A stretch of DNA of 51,035 nt from Sphaeroforma arctica JP610 (Eukaryota). The stretch lies in assembly GCF_001186125.1 (NCBI RefSeq), contig NW_014040231.1:37040-88074 (forward strand). The letters are read 5' to 3'. Numbering within the stretch: position 1 is the stretch's first letter; the number at the start of each line of letters is the position of its first letter. The position numbers and the translations under genes are program-made. Shown here piece after piece: positions 24,104 through 33,827 of this stretch. The notes under the pieces are model-generated. The model made no database searches. It was given only the letters and a program-made list of their open reading frames with translations, and had not been told where the DNA came from.

Positions 24104-26340
24104 ATGACCAAGAAAGACAACACTTCTTCTAAGAAGCGTAGAGCTGAAAAGAAGGAGATGGAGAAAGAAGCAGCTAGCGCTACCGCAGCTATTACTGCTC
24201 AGAAGCAACCGCCGCCGCTGCTGATGCGTTTAACCGCACTGTAGCCGAAGTACTTGCCTCTGACAATAATAGTCAAAAGGACAATGCTTCAGATAAGGAT
24301 GTAGCCACTCCGTTTAAGGAGACTACTCCCACTGACAGAGTCCGAGGGCCAACTATTGCCTCAACTTCAAAGCTTTCATTTACGAAGCCAAGAAGTGATA
24401 CAAGGGACACGTCTCAAGACGCCCCAACCATTTCTTCTGACGAAACTCAGAAAGGAAAGTCCCCAATTATAGGGGCGTCCCCAATTATAGGGGACAAGGA
24501 CAAATCTCAGAAGGAACCTATTATGGAACCAGAAGAGGAGGCAAGCTCAAGTAACAAACCCGAATCTACGTCCGAGACTACTAAGCCAACGCACATAAGT
24601 AAGTAAATTACTGAAAACGCTGATCTTAAGAATCAGTTAGCGACTATTTTGAAAGACTTGACTGTCGAACATGTAGATCAATTAATTAGATCAGGAAAAC
24701 ATCCACAGAACTTATGCAAACATGTTTCCCTGGGCATAACTGAAGCCCTACAGAAGTGGACAGAACGTCGACAGGCAATTACGCCCAAAGACTCAAGCTC
24801 TACGCCTGAGGCATATGATCCAGACGTGCTCAGCGTCTCTATACCTTATGAGGCACTACCTCCAGAAGTTCAGGCAAATTACTCGCCTGTTCTGACACCC
24901 GTCCTCGAGGGTATTATAGACCCAGAGGTAAGGAGATATACTCCGCCACTTGTACCAAATTGGGAAGATAATCGTCGGAAACCAGTTAAGACTGGGTATG
25001 TTATTCCGACGCATGGATCACCCAAGGTTATATTACCAACCGCTATCCGTGGAAGTAAGCACCGAAAGGCCTCTACCATGAACTTTACAAGGGGTAATAA
25101 ACACCCCCATATACGTGTGAACGATGTCGAGTTTAATCACTTCGACCGCACAGCTTTACACCAACCCGCAGAGGATTTCCACTTTGACGAAGTGACGGAC
25201 CTGAATATATCGGTCGACGACTATACCAATAAAATGGAAGTCGCCCATGTTGCGCATCATGCTGATGACGTCGCATACTATGCGAATATTATTACGATTA
25301 AGCAAAAGCACATAGACCAATTACTTCAGGCCCAACGTGGACAAGACCACAGGGACAACCAGAAGTACAAGGGACAGATCAGTCGACTTAAGTCGAACTG
25401 GGATGCCAACAGCAAGCAGGTCGAGTTTATAAACAACCATGACCTCAACACGCTAACTCGTACGCTTAATGCGTTTACGGTAATGCTGGAGACGAATGAT
25501 ATCGCTCCCCAGCAATGGATCTCTGCCTTAATGCAGACATTTGACCCTACAGATACCAGTTATCTGATCCTGTAGCGACACCAGCATGAGCTAGACACTT
25601 GTCGTGACTGGCCAGCTGTGCGTTGGTTGGTCACATACTTGTTAAGTAAGGATATGCGTAGCCCTGGGCTGAGTTCAATTTTAAATGAACCAGCTGAGAA
25701 CACGCCCATTCAGAGTTATATTCTGAAGTTAGACGCTGACCTGAAACGTCCCGATATAACAAAGGACAAGGCACAGCGATGGTACGAATTCCTAGTTATG
25801 CACGTGTTCTGTAAGAACATAAGGAATAACGACCGTGAGAGTCTGTACACCGAGTTGCGACGTAAACACGCGACTGAGGCTCGAGACAAGGGACATGAAA
25901 CAAAGTTTCATCTATCCCGACTTACATGGGAACAGTTTTATGATCCTGTATCCACTCTTTTTCCCGCACATCGATTAACATCGGAGGGAAAAGTGGCTGT
26001 TAAGAAGCCGCGGGAGCTCACCGATCACGGGTACGTATCCAGGCAGACCTCAAACGAGAGACCCCAACATACACGTGCTCGCGACTCCACTTTAACCACG
26101 CGACCCAATAAATGGGCACGCGCAGGAGCGAAGGACATGGAACCTCCATTTAAGGAGATTAAGAAATGTGCCGACGCCCAGTGTGAATATGACATGTACC
26201 AGTTAACCCCTAACGGTTATTGGAATGGTAGACATGCATCCACCTGTATACACTTTCTTACTAAGTGTGACAAGTGTGAGAAGACCAATGGCTATCACAC
26301 TAAGTCTTGTGACAGAAAGCCCAACATTAAGTTGGAGTGA
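24104..26340 (+). pseudogene. gag of element A (disrupted)
   Basis: Low-complexity N-terminus, ORFs 24649-25575 and 25618-26340, C-terminal CDKCEKTNGYHTKSC, and position between LTR and protease. Confidence 0.8.
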
Positions 26341-29300
26341 CGGTACTAACAGGTACAATCGTTACACAGACAATACAACGACTCTTTAGATGAGCGTGTA
26401 ATAATCCCTGTATATTGGAATGAAAATAAAATCCTTGCGTTGATTGATCCTGGTTCCGAAATATCATGTTTATCCGATCGCTTTGCATTAATGAAAGATA
26501 TCGAAAGAAGAAAATAAACAACTCATCTCATTTTAGCTGATGATAAAACTGCTAAGTGTGATACTATGGCCACAGATGTTCAAATCTCCCTGGCCGATGA
26601 TAGGAGTATCACTACTCAAGCTGTGATAGTTAAGATGTCACAGAAGTACGACATTATAGTCGGAATGAGTGATTTACTCACTCTAGATATAAACGTAACT
26701 GGCCTACTAACTAACATAGATCCATTAAAGGATCAATCAGACGATAAGTGTCTGAATCCATATAAGCCCCCGTCAGACACAGTCAAGGCATTAATACCTG
26801 ACTTTGCGGACAAAATCATGGATCTGATTCTTGTTAATAAGAAAATAAAGATCACAGATTGGGCAAAATTTCGCTTTAACGACGGATATGTCAGCCTTGA
26901 CTTAACCAAGGTAGACTTTACATAGTTAAAGTGTCCCTCAACGAACTATGTATCTTGGAGACACGAGGCTGTTGTAAAAGAACAAGTTGAGAAGTGGCTA
27001 GCAGATGGTGTGATAGAAATTAACTATCAACAAACGCCAGTTAACTTGGCACTGCTAGCCGTAGACCAACATAACTCTGACGGATCGTTTAAGAAAGTCA
27101 GAGTATGTTTAGATATGAGTCCAATAAATAAATTATTGCCGACTCATAGCTTCCACTTACCTCGTATTAACAAGCTACTGCGAAGGATGGAAGGTGCTAC
27201 AGTGTTTACAACTATAGACCTTACACAAGGATACCATCAAATGCAGGTATATGAACCCCACCGTAAATACTTTAGCTTTACGTGGAAAGGCAAACAATAC
27301 CGGTTCAGAGGTGCATCTTTCAGGTTACACTCTTTACCAGCATTCTTCCAACAAGTATTGGAAGAAATGTTTGCAGACATGCCTAACGTGCAAGTCTATA
27401 TAGATGACAGAGTCATTTTTTCTAAGACTACAGGCGAACACGCCGCATTAGTCAGACGAGTCCTTAAGAGACAAAGATTAACGAGAAGAAATGCCACTTC
27501 GCAATGAGCGAAATACAGCTCTTAGGCTACCATATATCTGGGGAAAGTAATAAGATCGACCCCGGTAAGGTAGAACACCTGTTAGATTGGCGAACACCAA
27601 CTACAAGAAGAGATGTTAACAGCATGTGTGGGTTTGTAAACTTCTTTTCAGATGGAGTACTACACTTAGCCGACTACCTTAAACCTTTTGGACACTTAAG
27701 ATGTCATAAAGGCAAACCAGGAGACTTGTGGACTAAATAGTGTGATGACGCATTTAAAGCGCTCAAACACGCAGTCCAACAAGCCCCAGTTGTACAAGGG
27801 CCAGTCGATGGCGTGCCGTTTGAAATAGCATTATATCAGGTTATAGATAACAAACCTAGATATATACAATTCTTTTGTCGAGCAATGAATGCTTCACAGT
27901 TGAATTATCCAACTGTTAAACAAGAGCTATTAGCCATAGTGGCAGCTCTAACACACTTTCAAGATTACTTATACAGAACAGCATTTACGCTGATGTGTAA
28001 TCAGAAATCTCTTCAATATATGAAAGAGATGAAACCCGACTCGCAATTACTTAGTCGCTGGCATGATATAATATCAAAGTTTCATTTTGATATAAGACAT
28101 CTGTCAGGAATACATAACCATTTACCGGATATGTTATCACGTATCGTACTGGACTTTAATAAATCCGTACATGAGTTACTAGCCACTGACTGGAAATGTA
28201 ATCCCAGGTGGTTTGAACTAGCTCAAAAGATATATGGGCCACATACCATAGATATGTTTGCTGCACATCATAATGCACAACTATCGAATTACAGGACTTT
28301 AAATCATCCTAAGGGAGACGCCTTTCAAATAGACCTCTCCCAACATAATGCGTGGGCTAATCCACCATGGCAGTTAATTGCCCAGCTATTACATAAAGCT
28401 ACCATCACGTTGTGTTGCCCATTACGGAGTAAAGATCCATGGCTCAATAAATTGATCAGCATGATACAATGCGAGCTAATATATATAGATAGGGAAGTAG
28501 ATACTTTCCTATATCAGGGTACCCGAGCCGTCCAGAAGACGCCCTGGAGACATATTATTATATGTCGTATAGGTCCCATTGAAACAACCAAATGGACCCC
28601 TTCTGAGACCTTCCTTAACAAGGTCAAAGAATCAGAGATTCCACTCTCTACCCAATTGAACGTTAAGCAGTTCAAAGGCAACACAGCATTTAACGTCTGT
28701 GCACAAGAAATACAATCTACTAATGACACTGTTAAGAAGCGTCAGTCTCTAGCTAGGACTCTGTTTAATAACATAAAGTCCAAGCACGAGGTCTTTCAAA
28801 CCTTATTTTTAAAGGGATTAATGAAAGACAATCGTGAAGCAAATACACATATAATGCGACTATTTAATAAGTCAGGTGTATCTAACGCACATGAGCGCGT
28901 TTATGACGCTCATGCAAAAGCAGAACAGGAGTCTGGAAACACTACAGACTTAGAGACCACGCAAGTGGATTCTCAACACCCTACCTTTATTCTGGAAGAG
29001 CAGAATGATAAAAACATTCTTGCTTGGCTGAAGCAAAATCATAAGCTGAAGCACCAAAACGTAGTAGAAGCACTTAAATATGCTAAGCGACATGGGATCG
29101 CGCACCCTAAGCTGGCAACTTTAGTTGACAGAGTATATCAGTCATGCACAGACTGTGATCTCAAATCAGATCCAGCGCTATGGTTTCGCACCGCTTAAGA
29201 GTGTGACTGAAGATGTTCCATGGCGCAGGGTCATCATTGATCTGGTTGACCTGCCCACGTCCGAGTACACAGGCGACCGTTACGTATGCCACTTCTTTGA

Positions 29301-30294
29301 TGTGGCGTCACGGTTTAACTTGCTCTATCCATTAAAGGATAAGAATACGCAGACCGTGGCATAATTATGTTGCCAAGTCTTTGCTGACCATGGGTGGCCG
29401 GGTATTATGTGCACTGATAACGGTAGTGAGTTCTGCGATGACGTTATGGAATCGCTAGTACTCGTATCAGGCATATGCCATAAGGGAGGTGTGCCATATA
29501 AACCGCAAACGCAAGGCGCGAATGAAACGCGCCATAGACGACTTAAGTTCGTCTTGCGTACTGCATTAACGGATGATGCAGATGATTGGCCGTACCACCT
29601 TAAGTGGGTACAAACACAGATGAACGAGTGTGCTGATCCGGTTACAGGAACTACACCCGCTCACTATTTTCGTGGCAGATATAGTGAGTTACAAATCCCC
29701 TTTAACAAGGACGAACCTGATCACCATGAGTTACCACGGTTAGAGAAGGTCTAACGTATTTATAACGTTGTATATCCTTGCTTGCGAGAAATACGCAATA
29801 CAGCCTTATTAAAAAGGCAAAAGCGTTGGAACACTACCAAAAAGATAGCAGAGTATCAGGTTGGTGACAGAGTTAACATCCGTCAACCAACGTATTCCGA
29901 TGCTACTGTATTAACATCTAAATGAATAGGTCCATATATAATCTCTGTAGCAGACACTAAAAGTGAAACGTACGAGGTAAATAACCCCGATGGTTCTAGT
30001 GCGCTTAATATAGGCACAAGTCGTATTCCGACTACAAAGATTATACTCGCAAGAAGACATGACTCTAATGCCCCTCTTGACCGTTCTGAAATTAAAAACA
30101 TTATATGGAGAACGGATAAGGGAGGCTATACATACTATCGTACACGCTTTATAGACGGTACAATAGCCGAGTTGACTTCAGATGCTTTCGATAATCAAGA
30201 CTATTCAAAAGCCTTTAATCGAAAATGGCGTAAACGCCTGCATAAGTCACAAGCTAAAAGAGATAGCATGTTTCCATCGTCTGAAGGAATGTAA
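26341..30294 (+). pseudogene. pol of element A: protease, RT, RNase H, adenine MTase, DDE integrase (disrupted)
   Basis: Motifs as listed for element A, spread over several ORF fragments separated by stops and frameshifts. Confidence 0.9.
28182..28575 (+). other. Dam-like N6-adenine DNA methyltransferase domain in pol of element A
   Basis: TDWKCNPRWF...YGPHTIDMFAAHHNA...DAFQIDL...NAWANPPW (NPPW 28359-28370), in one uninterrupted ORF (27813-29198) with RNase H and the integrase Zn finger. Confidence 0.88.
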
Positions 30295-30585
30295 GTTAAA
30301 ACTTATCCGCCTACAGCATTTATCCTGAGCCTTAATGCTCATCCTTCATATGTGCTTAAGACACTGAAGCGTAAGAAACGTCCAGTCGACCACCACGGAC
30401 CTACTGGACCTAAGCCCAAAACTCACAGGGTAACCGAGAACGCTTAACTTCTCCGCCTGAGAAACATTAACTATATGTTATGCTACTTAATGTTTTGACC
30501 CGTTTTTCGTTTCTCGCTTTTTGACCCATAATCAGCTTGAGTGAGCAGCTTGCTTCTCTTGGGTCTCAAAGCTGGGTGGGGGCTG

Positions 30586-31146
30586 TGTAATAAGCCGGGC
30601 CTCCACAATAGACTATGTTATAAACGTACGCTTAAGCAGTACGAGGAACTCAAGTTTCCTAAACTTACTCTTAGTAGTACGAGGAACTCAAGTTTTATTA
30701 AACGTGCTTTTAATAGCACGAGGTACTTAAGTTTCCTAAAATGGGTTTTAATGGTTTTATTAATTAATACCTTTTCCATTTAACATATCAGATATTTTGA
30801 TGAGGCCATTAAAAGGCCTCAGTAAAATACCAAACATAAAGAGTTGGTCTAGTTCTATTAATAAAACTTTATTTTACTTTCCAATTTTATTTGTATCTGA
30901 ATACTTCGGTAGCGAGATGGCTCAGCCGAATATAGGTTTCTAGGTACTGTTAACGTTACCTAGTTTATCCTCCGATAAGCCAACCAGATGTGCCAGTCTG
31001 ATAGAGGCTAAGTATTTTTTAAATTTTTTAATTTCCTTTTTTCTAAAGATAGGATTTTATGAGTCTCTCGGATTCGCCCCAGAATAGAGCGACAACGAAA
31101 CTAAATAAAATCTCTTCGGCGGAAACAGTACTGAGAGGATTATATA
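30586..31146 (+). repeat. 3' LTR of element A (last ~180 bp missing)
   Basis: Direct repeat of 23145-23790. Joins element B protease sequence directly after gagaggattatata. Confidence 0.9.
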
Positions 31147-33827
31147 GTTGCGCTCTGACGGAGAGATATAGTTCTGTTACTACACTCTTGTCCATGTATG
31201 AGCGTTGTGCGCCCGAGTCTACTAGTGTATTGTATGTATTGCCATTACTTTGTATGTCAATATGTAAGCGTTGGTCTCGTAGTGTGGGAAGTAAGGATAA
31301 AGGTTGGTAATCTATATCATTTGCATTTATTAACAACGTTTCTTCATCGGTATATACATTGAGCCTGTCAGCCAGGTTAATCATGTTTGCTTTCGCCCAC
31401 CAGTTATTTCAGTGCTCATCACCCTCTGTGATGTCTTCTACCTTGCCGGAGGTAATCAACAGTCTTGCTATTTGCATGTTCTTTTTTACCTGTTCTTCAG
31501 CCTGCTTGGCCTGTTTTGAAACCTACATGGTACATTTACTGAACCGGTGTGGGGCTGGCATCACTTTACAATAAGGACATGCACGCTCCTCATGCGCCCC
31601 TTTGTATTCTTGTACCTGTTTTGATTGGGTGCACCGTTGTCCGGTCTCTGTCATTTGTTCGTAGTAGTAGTGCTACTATGAAACTGGCCGTGGTTGGTTG
31701 TCTTTATATTGTGTTGCTTGCGCTGCTCTCTTAGCTGCTATCTTAGCATATGATCTCCCTGCACTTTGGATGTCGTTCTTATGTCCGCCTAAGTCATAGC
31801 GTGAAACACAATGTAATTCATATCCGATAAGTGACCCTCACTCCAATCAGGTTGTTTGTCTGCCTTGATGAGCGCATCCACTTGCGCTTGTTGTCCGTGG
31901 TACGTAAGTGCTTGGTATCTTTGGACCTTGAGAATTTGCAAGTGTATAGTTCATCTGTCTGATTTGCGGTAGCGCTCCTCTAACATCTTCATTGTTTTGT
32001 GCGCTCGCTCTGTGAGATCTTCAACGTTCAGTGTCTTATTCTGCATATCATTGAGAAAATTTTCTAACAGGTAGTCTACTGGATGGTGCATGAGTCTGTT
32101 AATAATGATTCTATTGAACTGTTCAGGATCTTTGAAATGCTTTTTTTGTCTGTGTTTCAGAGTCTCTGAAGTTATTGAGCATCTCCGTTGCATAAGTGGA
32201 ATCTAATAGATTTCTTACTAGTGCGGGGTACTGACACAGTGGCACGGACTTTCCTAAGAATAGGTTTCTACATTGTGTAGTGAATTCTATAATGTCTTCG
32301 CAATTTTCCACCACGAAGTAATTATTTTTAGGGAGCTTCGGAAATTCTGAAGTCCATAGTAGGTTTGCAAGGGCTGGTTCTTTTATCTGGTCGCCTAAGC
32401 GTGCACGCATGAGCTCTAACTCACTAATGTATTGACTTATTTGAATAAGTTCATCCTCTTCATCGTCACCACACTCGTAGATAGCTAAATCATATCGTCG
32501 TCTGAGTTCCTCATCCACGAGTGGCATGCGTCGTTCTGGCTGTTGGTCATGAATGTCTACTCTCATCTTGTGCAGAGTCGGTATAGGCATCGATACTGTT
32601 TGTTCCGGTTTGGACACAAATTTACTCACCAGGACGTGATTGCCTTGTCAGATGCGTTTGTCTATTTCCAACCGCATTGCTGAAGCTAATATGGGAACAC
32701 TTCCAGGTGTAGGCTGACTCGAGCCACTACCTGGGCTTGGCCCTTCTACTGGGCTGACATTTGCGCCATCCGTGCCATCACTTCCTTCTTCACCACCATA
32801 CACGCCTGCTCTGGTTGCCGTTGGCAGCTTGAGTTGTCTGTGATGGGTGTGTGGTATACTGCAGGTTATTAGTAAAGCCTCTTGTTATATTTTGTGCAAA
32901 TGCGCGCTTCACCCCCCTTGTCTTTGGTAATAATTTATATAAAATCAATAAAAATTGGAAGATATTTTACTTACTTTTGTATTGTTGTTGCTTTGCTGCA
33001 CTTCCGTGGGAAGTGTTGACCGTTCTGTATGGTACGGTAGCTTATTGCTTTCCTTCCTGTGATTGGAAGGATTTAAATAGTGTTTGTTAGTCAAGCTTAT
33101 TTCGTCACGTGTGGACTTACTTATGTTTATTTCGTCATGTGAGAACTTAATTTCTTGTGGGTGATCTCAAATGAGATGTTCGGTCCTGGTGACGTCACAT
33201 CTTGATGTGTCTATGTGAACGTCACCTTTTGATGTTCGTTCTTGTTCCGAACAGTGGCTATGTTAACTTCACCGCTTGATGTTAGATCCTGTGCCTAGTG
33301 AGATTGTATTTCTCCACTTTGTAACACTTATGCACGTTGTATTTCAAGGTCGTTGTGACTTTAATGTGATCTAACTGCAATCGTGTATGTCTACAACCCC
33401 ATCCAATTATTAGCATGTCTTGTTTCTCATGAACTATATTTTTACTGTTTGTTCTAAGCGTTGCCTCTGTTTGTTCGAGAGTGCCTATTCCTTGTTCGTG
33501 ATCATACTTGTGAGATGGATTGGAAATGGCTTGGAGTTTGATTTCAAAGTGTTTGTGCCTCAACACTAACTTTTATTTATCCGTTATTATGCGGATCTAT
33601 GCTAGACTGTGTTGGCACTATTTGTAACCTTGTCTTTTGCTTCGCATCACCTTGGCCAAACTGGCATCAGTTCTAGGCAGAGAAAGCCGCCAGAAATGTA
33701 CAACAATTAAGGTGGACGAAAACCAGAGGTTTGATTCATGACTGTACAGAACAACAGATTAGGTAAATAACTCGCGTCGTAATGGTACCTGTTCACATAG
33801 TATTGCCCATGCAGTATGGCGCACCAA

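Larger units (their letters stand above)
23145..31146 (+). mobile_element. Near full-length Ty3/gypsy element A (LTR-gag-PR-RT-RH-MTase-IN-LTR), inactivated by stops and frameshifts
   Basis: Direct LTRs at 23145 and 30586. gag from ATG 24104 to 26340, protease LIDPGS (~26440), RT KVRVCLD/IDLTQGYHQ/YIDD (27090-27410), RNase H QELLAIV, MTase NPPW. Integrase H..H..CTDC, DLVD, TDNGSEF, GANE and GPY. G-rich PPT at 30568-30585. Confidence 0.93.
18935..33150 (-). mobile_element. Ty3/gypsy element B (gag-PR-RT-RH-MTase-IN-3'LTR), split by nested element A
   Basis: gag ~32827-31520 with knuckle CPYCKVMPAPHRFSKC. Protease LVDSGA (~31210) resumes at 23140. RT YVDD (~22270), RNase H KELLAL (~21690), MTase 20970-21365, integrase TDQGTEY and PYQPKVLGANER (20360-20470). 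PPT 19223-19235 and LTR from 19222. No 5' LTR found. Confidence 0.88.

Noticed and set aside
18935..31146. DIRS-type element as the explanation for the MTase domains
   Set aside because: No tyrosine recombinase or inverted/split termini were seen. Both elements have a DDE integrase, a PPT and TG-initiated LTRs.
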